Shown here: piece by piece, positions 10,205 to 19,457 of the stretch
How the letters are laid out: each line of letters begins with the position of its first letter
How positions within the stretch are numbered: position 1 is the first letter of the stretch
NCBI GenBank assembly: GCA_030615625.1
Contig: JAUWYX010000002.1
Coordinates: 185,918 to 249,917 of the forward strand
From: Dehalococcoidia bacterium
GTDB lineage: Bacteria > Chloroflexota > Dehalococcoidia > GIF9 > AB-539-J10
Reading direction: 5' to 3'
Length of the DNA: 64,000 nucleotides
The notes under the pieces: model-generated
Told to the model about the DNA's origin: nothing
Databases searched by the model: none
Seen by the model: only the letters and a program-made list of their open reading frames with translations
Made by a program: the position numbers and the translations under genes

Positions 10205-11395
10205 ATGAAACTGTACCAGATAGTTGTGAAAGACGTCACACGAAGGAAAAAGCGTATGTTATACACCTCGCTCGGTGTGGTTATCGGTGTGGCAACAATT
10301 GTTGCTGTGCTTACAATCGCCCTTGCCGGGGAGACGAACATCTATGGTCAGTTGGAAAAATATGGCGCTAACTTAGTGGTCATGCCTGCGATAAGCGATA
10401 TTGACGTAGGATTAGGAGGCTTAAGTCTTGGCACTTTGGCAGTTGGAGAGAACTACATTTCTGAGAACGAATTGCCGCAGATCAGACAGATAGCAGATGG
10501 CAAGATAAGAGAGGCATTAGGTATTGAGGATGAGGGTGATATTGCCACGATTGCTCCAAGACTTTACATGAACACCGAGATAAGAGGAACATCTGTGATA
10601 ATAGTTGGAGTGGATCCTCAACAGGAACGTCAACTCAAGACGTGGTGGAGAATCCGAGAAGGGGAATACCTCGAAAGTGCAGACCAGGCTCTAGTTGGAG
10701 CAATGGCTGCTGAGTTACTGGAGCTCAATGTAGGCGACAAAATTGCACTTAACGGGAGGGAAGTAAGCATCACCGGTATTCTCGAGGAGACAGGCTCAAA
10801 CGAAGATTACCAAGTTTTCCTTCATATAAAAACGGCACAGGAGGCATTCGATAAAGAAGGGTTGGTTTCCTCGATAGACGTTCGTGCCCTATGTAGTGCC
10901 TGTCCTACATCAGATATTGCGGGGTCCATTAATGAGAATATCCCAGGAGTTCGGGCAGTTGCCGTAAAGCAAATAGCTGAAACTGAAATGGGCATGATGG
11001 AAAAGGTAAGCAAATTTCTGCTGGCTTTAGCTGGAATCACACTGGCTGTGGGCTGCTTTGGTGTGGTCAATACGATGCTGACCTCGGTTCATGAAAGAAT
11101 CAAGGACATCGGCATAATGAGAGCAGTGGGAGCATCACGCAATCAGATAATTAAGATTTTTCTCTACGAGGCCATAATCATTGGGGTAGCGGGAGGCTTC
11201 CTTGGATATGTAGTTGGGACTTTACTAGCATACATAGTCGGGCCGCTGATTTTTGGGGGTGTAGCTGTTACTTATGTTCCCCAGTATTTCCTTCCTGCAT
11301 TGGCTCTGGCTGCCTTTATTGCGGTCATAGCGACTGTTTACCCTGCGTTCCGTGCCTCTAAAATCAAGATTGCCGACTCTTTCAGGTCTTTGTGA
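10205..11395 (+). CDS. ABC transporter permease, MacB/FtsX-like
   Basis: N-terminal TM helix, a large extracytoplasmic domain, and a C-terminal FtsX block (IGIMRAVGASRNQI). Confidence 0.8.
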   Translation: MKLYQIVVKDVTRRKKRMLYTSLGVVIGVATIVAVLTIALAGETNIYGQLEKYGANLVVMPAISDIDVGLGGLSLGTLAVGENYISENELPQIRQIADGKIREALGIEDEGDIATIAPRLYMNTEIRGTSVIIVGVDPQQERQLKTWWRIREGEYLESADQALVGAMAAELLELNVGDKIALNGREVSITGILEETGSNEDYQVFLHIKTAQEAFDKEGLVSSIDVRALCSACPTSDIAGSINENIPGVRAVAVKQIAETEMGMMEKVSKFLLALAGITLAVGCFGVVNTMLTSVHERIKDIGIMRAVGASRNQIIKIFLYEAIIIGVAGGFLGYVVGTLLAYIVGPLIFGGVAVTYVPQYFLPALALAAFIAVIATVYPAFRASKIKIADSFRSL

Positions 11396-11404
11396 GGTAG
11401 CAAA

Positions 11405-12097
11405 ATGCTGGAAATTAAAAATGTATCGAAAACCTATGGACAGGGAACGGCTAAAGTAGTTGCCTTAAGCAACGTTTCATTTCGTGTGGATGAAAGCGAC
11501 TTCATAGCCATTATGGGGCCTTCTGGAAGTGGGAAGTCCACCCTCTTAAATGTCATCGGCGGCTTAGACTATCCTTCCAGTGGTGAAGTAATTTTAGATG
11601 GGAAGCGCATCGACAATCTAGACGAAAATGATTTTGTTGATATAAGAAGAAACAAAATTGCCTATGTCTTTCAGCTGTATCATTTGCTTCCGTCACTCAC
11701 TGCCTTGGAGAATGTAATGTTGCCCCTGACTTTTTGTGGATTGGATAAAGGGGAGGAGAAAGGGTTGGAGATATTGAAAGAGGTGGGGTTAGGGGGAAGG
11801 ACGGAACACAAACCCAGCCAGTTAAGCGGTGGGGAGCAGCAAAGAGTAGCCATTGCGCGGGCTTTGGTTAATTCCCCCTCATTGATTCTAGCAGATGAGC
11901 CAACAGGTAATATGGACCAAAAAACGGGAGGAGAAATCCTGGATTTGTTTCGCCAACTGAATAGAGATGGGCGCAGCATTATCATGGTTACCCATGACCC
12001 TGTGATAGCCCAGTATGCAAAAGAAATCATAGTCCTACAGGATGGGCAAATCATAGACAGGATTACTCAAAAGAGCAAGGAGGTAATGAATGTTTAA
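11405..12097 (+). CDS. ABC transporter ATP-binding protein (MacB/LolD-like)
   Basis: Walker A GPSGSGKST, signature LSGGEQQRVAIARAL, Walker B LILADEPTG. Confidence 0.9.
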   Translation: MLEIKNVSKTYGQGTAKVVALSNVSFRVDESDFIAIMGPSGSGKSTLLNVIGGLDYPSSGEVILDGKRIDNLDENDFVDIRRNKIAYVFQLYHLLPSLTALENVMLPLTFCGLDKGEEKGLEILKEVGLGGRTEHKPSQLSGGEQQRVAIARALVNSPSLILADEPTGNMDQKTGGEILDLFRQLNRDGRSIIMVTHDPVIAQYAKEIIVLQDGQIIDRITQKSKEVMNV

Positions 12098-12587
12098 AAG
12101 GATGATATTCCGTTTCGTATCGAGTACAGACACATGGAGAATAGTTGGGTTATGCACATTACTGCTACTCATTACAGCATTATCCCTCGTTGGATGTACT
12201 GGCTCAACGTGTACAACAACGCCGAGTCTGACACAGCCAACAGGTCTGGCGGTATTCCAGACTGCCGAGTTGACGATTAACCCACCTGAGATTGACCTTG
12301 GGCAGGAACTAAGCATCACTGCTACGGTGGCAAATACTGGTGACGTTAAGGGCGGTTATATGGCTGAGTTGAAGATAAATGATACTACCCAACAAACAAT
12401 GCAGGTGATTGTGGATGCTGGGGAAACCAAATCCGTGACCTTCGTGGTGGTCAAGGATGCGCCGGGAATCTATGAGGTTGCGCTTGGTGGGCTTAATGGG
12501 CAATTTGAGGTGCTCAAGCCAGCCACACCACCACAATCATCTAATCCCACAATCGCCGACTCCACCAAGCCGAGATGTTGCAGATGA
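12090..12587 (+). CDS. Secreted/lipoprotein with CARDB-like Ig-fold domain
   Basis: Lipobox LSLVGC. The FQTAELTINPPEIDLGQELSITATVANTGDVKG... domain is paralogous to the N-terminal half of the next ORF. Confidence 0.5.
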   Translation: MFKRMIFRFVSSTDTWRIVGLCTLLLLITALSLVGCTGSTCTTTPSLTQPTGLAVFQTAELTINPPEIDLGQELSITATVANTGDVKGGYMAELKINDTTQQTMQVIVDAGETKSVTFVVVKDAPGIYEVALGGLNGQFEVLKPATPPQSSNPTIADSTKPRCCR

Positions 12588-12678
12588 CGCATCACAATGT
12601 GGGAGCGGGAAGATTATCATGTGAAGCTATCGCACTAGAATAAAGGCTTAGTTTAAACGGAAAGGATAATACAACAAA

Positions 12679-13533
12679 ATGTTAAGGAAGATCGCGATAG
12701 GAGTAATACTATTCTCTCTGATATTTATCGTCGTCGCATATACTGCTCCAACGTCAATACCAACACCAGTCCCAACAGCCTTCCAGACTGCCAATTTAGC
12801 GATTAACCCGACTGAGGTTAATCCTGGAGTGGAAATAATTATCACCGCTCAGGTGACAAACACCGCTGACACTGAGGGTACTTATGGTGCTGGACTGATG
12901 ATAAATGATGTTACTGTGGAAACGACGGAAGTGACTATGGCTTCTGGAGAAAGCAGACCTCTGAGTTTTGTAGGCTCTATGGCTACGCCTGGCACCTATG
13001 AAGTTACCTGGGCTGAGCTTGTTGGAGAATTTCTGGTCCCCAGGCTTATTGGAGAATTCGTGGTAGCGGGGGATGAGCCCCTGGATTTAGGCGGTTCCAA
13101 AATTACTGCCCCAGACTTTACTGCTGTAGATGTGGTGACTGGCGAGACGCTCTCACTTGGTCAGTTTAGCGGTTCTACAGTGTTACTAAACTTCGTGAAC
13201 CTTGGTTGTTCGTCGCGACTTAGCGAGGTAGTCAGCGCTCAGCTATTGGCGATCAAAGAGCTAAGAGGACAGCGCCACGATTTTATACCGGTCTCGGTCT
13301 TCTGTGGCTGCTGCCAGCCGGACGTGCTGCGCGAATTTGCAGTGCAAAATGACCTAACATGGCCTTGGATTCTTGATACGGGTAATTCCATTGTTCGTAA
13401 ATATGAGCGCTATCTCAAGCAATATGGCTACCCAACTCTGATTTTCATAGATAAGGAGCAGAATATCAGAGAGGTTACTGGTTATATTGATATCTCTACA
13501 CTAAGCGTGAAAATAGATGAAATATTGCAATAG
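12679..13533 (+). CDS. Membrane-anchored CARDB-like domain fused to a thioredoxin-fold (TlpA/redoxin-like) domain
   Basis: TM anchor, then FQTANLAINPTEVNPGVEIIITAQVTNT. The C-terminal APDFTAVDVVTGETLSLGQFSGSTVLLNFVNLGC block is redoxin-like but has GCSSR instead of CxxC. Confidence 0.55.
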   Translation: MLRKIAIGVILFSLIFIVVAYTAPTSIPTPVPTAFQTANLAINPTEVNPGVEIIITAQVTNTADTEGTYGAGLMINDVTVETTEVTMASGESRPLSFVGSMATPGTYEVTWAELVGEFLVPRLIGEFVVAGDEPLDLGGSKITAPDFTAVDVVTGETLSLGQFSGSTVLLNFVNLGCSSRLSEVVSAQLLAIKELRGQRHDFIPVSVFCGCCQPDVLREFAVQNDLTWPWILDTGNSIVRKYERYLKQYGYPTLIFIDKEQNIREVTGYIDISTLSVKIDEILQ

Positions 13534-13633
13534 AAAGGCGTAGAGATGATAAAGATTGGAAAATGGAAAAAAGAGCAAGAGAAGAATTCATAGAGTTGAG
13601 GCTTTATTGCACCACATAAGGAGAACAGAATAA

Positions 13634-14296
13634 ATGGGAACCCAAAAAAGATGTCTAGTAATCATAGCGGCAGCAGTGCTGCTCCTGGCCTCATCTTGCA
13701 ACAGCCAACGACCAGTTATCACCAGCCTGGAAGCTGAGGCAGAATGGACCGCTCCTTTGGATAGTCTCCAGGTGACGTGTAATGCTTCGGACCCTGATGG
13801 CGACGAGCTAAGCTATGAGTGGTCAACTACCGGAGGTAATATTACTGGCACGGGGCCTGAAGTTATCTGGAATGCTCCTGAAGAAGTTGGTATGTACGAC
13901 ATCACAGTTGTGGTTGAGAATGGTCAGGGCAGGAAAGACACAGAATCGATAGTCCTCATCGCGTCAAATGGTCCTCCGCCAATTATTGAAGACCTGATTG
14001 TTACTGCCGAGCACCAATATTTGAAAAAAATCACTACTGACTACAAGGTTCTGAAAATGATGGAATACTATATTGAGTGCATTGCTTCAAGCACGAACGG
14101 CGACCTGGTTTACGAATGGTCATGCGATGATGGCGAGATTTCCGGTGAGGGTTCTATGATTACCTGGACTGCCCCGAATGTTGAAGTTGAAGTTGACGTT
14201 ACGGTCACGGTAAAAGTGTTTGATGGCATAGGTAACTGGGTCAGTGAGAGCGTAGCTTTCGAGGTGATGTATTGCGAAACATGTGTAATTTGGTGA
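13634..14296 (+). CDS. Lipoprotein with two PKD/Ig-like repeats
   Basis: Lipobox LLASSC. The motif SDPDGDELSYEWSTTGGNITG / NGDLVYEWSCDDGEISG is repeated. Confidence 0.5.
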   Translation: MGTQKRCLVIIAAAVLLLASSCNSQRPVITSLEAEAEWTAPLDSLQVTCNASDPDGDELSYEWSTTGGNITGTGPEVIWNAPEEVGMYDITVVVENGQGRKDTESIVLIASNGPPPIIEDLIVTAEHQYLKKITTDYKVLKMMEYYIECIASSTNGDLVYEWSCDDGEISGEGSMITWTAPNVEVEVDVTVTVKVFDGIGNWVSESVAFEVMYCETCVIW

Positions 14297-14412
14297 TATT
14301 AGGAGGTAAATGGCAACTCTAGCTAAGGGCATAGTTTCCCAGGTGGTGACCTGCATACCACGTGCCTATCATGCAGAATATGCCTGAAAAGTCATTCAAA
14401 GGAGAGAAACTA

Positions 14413-14973
14413 ATGAGTAAAAAAAGAACGAGAAGAAACAGAGAGCTCAAACTGAGCAGAGGGAAGGTAAAAAGGAACAGGCTGGTGATAATATCAACGG
14501 TAATTGTGGTGATAATAGGGATTAGTATTTACTTTGCGATGTTCGCGGGTAACGGCATTAGTACACCAAGTAACGAGCCAATAAAGGCAACGTGGATTGA
14601 GTCACAGGTAGCTGGCAATACTGTGTCCATACCAGTAAGTGAGGTCGAAAATAATTGGAATGTCCACTTTAATGTGAAGACACAAGGTGAGGATATGAAT
14701 TTCATGGCCTATGTGTTGGATGGAGAAATCTCTGTCCGGGCAAATGTTTGCCCACCATGCCGGTCAATAGGCTTTTCTCTTGAAGAAACCGTCTTAATAT
14801 GCGATAGGTGCGCGACTACTTTCAAGGCCAAAACAGGCGATGGAATTGAGGGAGCGTGCGTGGATTTTCCCAAAGCAGCAGTTCCATACGAGATTAACGG
14901 TGGCAACATAGCAATGAAAGGCACTGATCTCATAGCTGCGTATCAAGATACCATTGAGCCTGGGTGGGCTTAA
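14413..14973 (+). CDS. DUF2318-like membrane-anchored Cys-rich (metal-binding) protein
   Basis: ATG at 14413 after AAAGGAGAG, one TM helix, and a Cys cluster CPPC...CDRC...GAC. Confidence 0.55.
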   Translation: MSKKRTRRNRELKLSRGKVKRNRLVIISTVIVVIIGISIYFAMFAGNGISTPSNEPIKATWIESQVAGNTVSIPVSEVENNWNVHFNVKTQGEDMNFMAYVLDGEISVRANVCPPCRSIGFSLEETVLICDRCATTFKAKTGDGIEGACVDFPKAAVPYEINGGNIAMKGTDLIAAYQDTIEPGWA

Positions 14974-14984
14974 AGGAGGAAGAT

Positions 14985-16202
14985 TTGTCCTATGCTATAG
15001 CCTTGCGCTGTCGGAAGTGTGGGCGAGAGTATCCGTTGGAGCCTCTCAATCTATGTGACTTTTGCTTCAGTCCGCTAGAGGTGAGCTACGACTACAAGTC
15101 CGTGGCTAAAGCGGTAAGTCGGGAAAAGATTACTGAAGGGCCGCCGAGCATGTGGCGCTATAGAGACTTGCTGCCTGTCGATGATGATATAGTGGACATT
15201 GGCACGGGATTTACCCCTCTCGTCAAGGCTGATAACCTGGGGCAGGAACTGGGGTTGGAGAAGCTTTATATCAAAAATGACTGCCTTAACCCAACGTACT
15301 CCTTCAAGGATCGGGTGGTCTCGGTAGCTATCACCAAGGCACGAGAATTTGGATTCGATACCGTGGCTTGTGCCTCAACAGGCAATCTGGCCGCTAGCGT
15401 GGCGGCTCATGCTGCCAAAGCAAATATAAAGTCCTATGTTTTCGTTCCCTCCGATGTAGAACCAGGTAAGCTGACGGGAATAGCAATCTATAACCCGGTT
15501 CTGGTGACTGTTAAGGGAAGCTACGACGATGTCAACCGCCTCTGTAGCCAGTTAGCACAGAGGTATAATTGGGGGTTCATCAACATTAATCTCCGACCTT
15601 ACTATGCTGAGGGAAGCAAGACCCTAGGCTACGAAGTGGCGGAGCAACTGGGGTGGCAAACTCCTGACTGTGTGGTAGCCCCGGCTGCCTCGGGACTCCT
15701 TTTTACTCGAATATGGAAAAGTCTGGATGAGTTAGCCATGCTTGGTTTAATCGAGCCAGTTAATACCCATATGTATGTTACTCAGGCTTCCGGTAGCTCG
15801 CCTATCGTTAACGCCTTTGAGGCAGGCGTGCACCATGTTCATCCGGTAAAATCAGAGACCATTGCCAAGTCCATAGCCATTGGGAACCCTGCTGATGGCT
15901 ATTATGCGTTGAGTGTCGCCCGGCAGTCAGGAGGTGGTGCCTGTGCCGTCACCGATGAGGAAATTATCTATGGGATGAAGCTACTCGCCCAAACTGAGGG
16001 CATCTTTGCTGAGGCGGTGGGTGGAGTGGTAGTAGGTGCGTTAAGGAAACTAACAGCTTCAGGAGCGATTAAGAGGGATGAGCTTACGGTAGCTGTAATT
16101 ACCGGGGCAGGACCGAGGACACAGGATATAATTTCAGACATTGTTCGACCCTTTGCTATCCAGCCCAGCCTTGAATCATTTGTGGAGGTGCTTGGAGTGT
16201 AA
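14985..16202 (+). CDS. thrC: Threonine synthase (zinc-ribbon N-terminus type)
   Basis: LRCRKCGREYP...CDFC ribbon, YSFKDR PLP-lysine motif and ASTGN. The probable start is TTG at 14985, following AAGGAGGA. Confidence 0.75.
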   Translation: MSYAIALRCRKCGREYPLEPLNLCDFCFSPLEVSYDYKSVAKAVSREKITEGPPSMWRYRDLLPVDDDIVDIGTGFTPLVKADNLGQELGLEKLYIKNDCLNPTYSFKDRVVSVAITKAREFGFDTVACASTGNLAASVAAHAAKANIKSYVFVPSDVEPGKLTGIAIYNPVLVTVKGSYDDVNRLCSQLAQRYNWGFININLRPYYAEGSKTLGYEVAEQLGWQTPDCVVAPAASGLLFTRIWKSLDELAMLGLIEPVNTHMYVTQASGSSPIVNAFEAGVHHVHPVKSETIAKSIAIGNPADGYYALSVARQSGGGACAVTDEEIIYGMKLLAQTEGIFAEAVGGVVVGALRKLTASGAIKRDELTVAVITGAGPRTQDIISDIVRPFAIQPSLESFVEVLGV

Positions 16203-16263
16203 GCTTGAGGCGACCAGACATCCACCGTGCTATACTAATTCCAACTAAATGAAGGAGGCTGAG

Positions 16264-16506
16264 ATGACAAAGAAACAGGTAATGTTTACCTTTCCACCGG
16301 AATTGATTAAGGAGCCCATCATTTACAACCTTGGTCAACAGTTCAAGATAGTGACCAATATCCGACGGGCTGATGTAAATGGCGATAAGGGCTGGGTAGT
16401 TCTTGAACTGGAGGGGGAAGGAGAAGATATCGAGCGTGGAATTGCCTGGGTGACTAACAAAGGGGTAAGGGTTGATCCCGTTGTCGGAGATATAGTAGAG
16501 GGTTAG
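16264..16506 (+). CDS. NIL-domain protein
   Basis: 80 aa. FPPELIKEPIIYNLGQQFKIVTNIRRADV...GWVVLELEGE resembles the NIL domain. The ATG follows AAGGAGG. Confidence 0.6.
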   Translation: MTKKQVMFTFPPELIKEPIIYNLGQQFKIVTNIRRADVNGDKGWVVLELEGEGEDIERGIAWVTNKGVRVDPVVGDIVEG

Positions 16507-17673
16507 ATGCGAAGGATATATCTTGACCATGCTGCCACCACGCCAACACATCCCGAGGTAGTGGAGGCAATGCTGCCTTTTTTTACCGACGCCTTCGGCA
16601 ACCCTTCGAGCATCCATTCTCAGGGACAGGAAGCGAAGGGAGCCATAGAAGGAGCCAGAATCAAGGTGGCGGAACTTATCGGCGCCCGGAGCGAGGAGAT
16701 TATTTTTACCAGTGGAGGAACGGAGGCAGATAACTTCGCCCTGAAGGGCGTTGCCTATGCTAACGAGCATAAAGGGAATCACATCATCACTACTCCAATT
16801 GAGCACCATGCAGTGATGGAGGCATGCAAGTTTTTAGAAAGAAGAGGATTTAGAATAACTTACCTCCCCGTAGACGAGCATGGCCTGGTTGATCCTCAGG
16901 ATGTCAGGAAAGCTATTACCGATAACACCATCCTTATCTCAGTCATGCATGCCAGTAACGAGGTAGGCACCATAGAGCCTGTGGAAGAAATAGGTAAAAT
17001 TGCCAGAGAGGCCGGGGTCTATTTTCACACCGATGCCGTGCAGACTGTGGGGCATATCCCGGTGAATGTGGATAAACTTAAGGTGGACTTGCTCTCCATT
17101 TCAGGGCATAAGTTATACGGACCTAAAGGAGTTGGAGCGCTGTATGTCAGGAAAGGTACCAGGTTAGTTTCCCTCATGCATGGAGGAGAGCAAGAAAAAA
17201 GACGCAGGGCTGGTACCGAAAACGTTCCTGCTATCGTGGGGCTTGGCAAGGCGGTGGGGCTTGCCGGGCGGGAGATAGACAAGGAAGCAGAACGGCTGGC
17301 TTATCTCCGGGATAAGCTAATTAAAGGTCTCGGAGAGAAGATTGACCACATCCGCTTAAATGGTCATCCCACGAGAAGGCTGCCCAACAATGTCAATGTA
17401 AGCGTTGATTTTGTGGAAGGGGAATCCATGCTTTTAAATCTTGATTTAGAGGGCATCTGTGCTTCTACCGGCTCAGCCTGTAGCTCGGCAATCCTTGAAC
17501 CGTCCCATGTTCTTCTGGCGCTGGGGCTTCCCCCCGAGCAGGCTCATGGCTCGCTCAGGTTCACCCTGGGGCGAGAAAACACGGAGGCAGATATAGAACG
17601 AGTCCTGGAGGTCTTACCCGAAATTGTCACCAAGCTGAGAGCCATGTCCCCACTTCTGAAAACTCAAAAATAG
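16507..17673 (+). CDS. nifS: Cysteine desulfurase (NifS/IscS class)
   Basis: SGGTEADN, SISGHKLYGPKGVGALY (PLP lysine) and STGSACSS (catalytic Cys loop). Confidence 0.9.
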   Translation: MRRIYLDHAATTPTHPEVVEAMLPFFTDAFGNPSSIHSQGQEAKGAIEGARIKVAELIGARSEEIIFTSGGTEADNFALKGVAYANEHKGNHIITTPIEHHAVMEACKFLERRGFRITYLPVDEHGLVDPQDVRKAITDNTILISVMHASNEVGTIEPVEEIGKIAREAGVYFHTDAVQTVGHIPVNVDKLKVDLLSISGHKLYGPKGVGALYVRKGTRLVSLMHGGEQEKRRRAGTENVPAIVGLGKAVGLAGREIDKEAERLAYLRDKLIKGLGEKIDHIRLNGHPTRRLPNNVNVSVDFVEGESMLLNLDLEGICASTGSACSSAILEPSHVLLALGLPPEQAHGSLRFTLGRENTEADIERVLEVLPEIVTKLRAMSPLLKTQK

Positions 17674-17684
17674 GAGTGAAATAA

Positions 17685-18086
17685 ATGCCTGATGTCTGGT
17701 CACAGTACAGCGAGAAGGTGATGGAGCACTTCAGGAATCCTCGCAATGTCGGGGAGATAGAGAACCCCGACGGCATCGGGCATGTCGGGAATCCTGTCTG
17801 TGGCGATATCATGGAGCTTTACATTAAGGTTAAGGACGGCACCATCGTTGACGCTAAATTCAAGACTTTTGGCTGTGGAGCCGCCATTGCCACCAGTTCC
17901 ATAGTCACTGAGATGGTGAAGGGGAAGAGAATCGAGGAAGCTCTGAAGATCTCCAACAAAGCAGTAGCTGAAGCTTTAGATGGGCTGCCGGCGGTCAAGA
18001 TGCACTGCTCGATCCTGGCCGAGGAGGCTCTTAAATCGGCGATTGAGGATTACTTAGAACACCAGAACCTGAAGAAGCAGACCTAG
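17685..18086 (+). CDS. nifU: Fe-S cluster scaffold protein (NifU N-terminal / IscU-like)
   Basis: GNPVCGD, FKTFGCGAAIASS-like and MHCSILAEEAL supply the three scaffold cysteines. Confidence 0.9.
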   Translation: MPDVWSQYSEKVMEHFRNPRNVGEIENPDGIGHVGNPVCGDIMELYIKVKDGTIVDAKFKTFGCGAAIATSSIVTEMVKGKRIEEALKISNKAVAEALDGLPAVKMHCSILAEEALKSAIEDYLEHQNLKKQT

Positions 18087-18190
18087 CACCGGAATTTCAC
18101 GCTAGTCCCCAAAGCATGTATCCCCCCTTCGTTTTCCTGTCATTTTATGCATTCTGCTAGACATGTCAGCACTACCCCATTTAAGACTTG

Positions 18191-18226
18191 TTGACATTCC
18201 CCCATATATGAATTACAATTCATATA
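18191..18226 (+). promoter_or_regulatory. Promoter with overlapping 10-2-10 palindromic operator upstream of arsR-arsM
   Basis: TTGACA (18191-18196), 17 nt, TACAAT (18214-18219). A perfect inverted repeat TATATGAATT-AC-AATTCATATA (18205-18226) spans the -10. Confidence 0.6.
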
Positions 18227-18239
18227 AACAGAGGTTCAT

Positions 18240-18599
18240 ATGGCAGTACTGGAAGACCAAGCAAGGTTTCTGAGGTGCATTGGGGAGCCGACAAGACTCC
18301 AGATACTTAAGCTGCTGGCTGAGGGCGAGAGGTGCGTTGGTGACCTCGCCTGCGTTCTGAATAAGGAACAATCCCTGATTTCGCATCACCTTAGAGCTCT
18401 TAAGGAATGTAATATTGTGAAAGAGAGGCAGGAAGCTCAGAAAGTTTACTACAAGCTTACGGATGCTAGATTAGCCAGGTTAATTATTGATTGTGAAGCT
18501 CTAATGAAGGAGCTATTGCTATGCAAATGTCAGGAGGTGAATTATGAAAGAAAAGGAAATCAAGGAAGTGGTGAAGGGGAGATATGCCCAGATAGCTAA
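18240..18599 (+). CDS. arsR: ArsR/SmtB-family metalloregulator
   Basis: The wHTH block ERCVGDLACVLNKEQSLISHHLRALKE. Its tail overlaps the arsM start. Confidence 0.8.
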   Translation: MAVLEDQARFLRCIGEPTRLQILKLLAEGERCVGDLACVLNKEQSLISHHLRALKECNIVKERQEAQKVYYKLTDARLARLIIDCEALMKELLLCKCQEVNYERKGNQGSGEGEICPDS

Positions 18600-19308
18600 G
18601 CAAGACCAAGAGAGCTGCTGTCCAAGTTGCGGATGTGGTGCCAGTCCCTCGGTCCAAGCTGAAGCTATTGGATACTTGAGGGAGGACTTGGAGCATGTCC
18701 CGGAAGAGGCGATTATGGGGTTGGGGTGTGGTAACCCCACCGCCATAGCAGAACTGAAAGCGGGTGAGGTAGTCCTGGATTTAGGGTCGGGAGCCGGGGT
18801 AGATGTGTTCTTGGCAGCTAATAAAGTTGGCCCCACCGGCAGGGTTATCGGGGTTGATATGACGGAGGAGATGGTGGATAAGGCAAAAAATATCGCTAGG
18901 GATCATGGCTACCACAATGTTGAGTTTCGCCTGGGGGAAATTGAGAAACTCCCGGTCGAGGATGAATCTGTGGATGCGATTATCAGCAACTGCGTTATCA
19001 ATCTCTCACCGGATAAATCTAAAGTCTTCCGGGAAGCTTATCGAGCGCTGAAGCCCGGCGGAAGGCTCACGGTTTCTGATATTGTCTCGGAGGGAGCGCT
19101 CCCTAATGAGATAAAGAGTGACTCGAATGCCTGGGCATGTTGTATCGGCGGGGCTTTGGAACACCAAGAATACCTAAGGGAGATAAAGGAAGCCGGCTTT
19201 GAAAATATACAGGTGGTGTCCAGCAAGGAGTTTTACATAGAAGGCGAGGGAAGCCAAGCACTGACGAAGCTTCTGAGCATTACCGTGAATGCATATAAGA
19301 GAGTGTAG
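18544..19308 (+). CDS. arsM: Arsenite S-adenosylmethionine methyltransferase
   Basis: SAM motif VLDLGSGAGVD, Cys-rich CCPSCGC and WACCIGGA. RBS CAGGAGG. Confidence 0.8.
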   Translation: MKEKEIKEVVKGRYAQIAKQDQESCCPSCGCGASPSVQAEAIGYLREDLEHVPEEAIMGLGCGNPTAIAELKAGEVVLDLGSGAGVDVFLAANKVGPTGRVIGVDMTEEMVDKAKNIARDHGYHNVEFRLGEIEKLPVEDESVDAIISNCVINLSPDKSKVFREAYRALKPGGRLTVSDIVSEGALPNEIKSDSNAWACCIGGALEHQEYLREIKEAGFENIQVVSSKEFYIEGEGSQALTKLLSITVNAYKRV

Positions 19309-19457
19309 TGAGACCTTTCATTATAGTTTTCTCAGCTTGGCTATTTACGAGCGGAGCGTTTAGGAATTTCTTGTCTCCCGGGTTGCCTTGACGAGCAAGA
19401 CCTTTGTGGGTAGAGTATATGTAGATATTCAAATATAAGGATAACCCTACCTATCTG

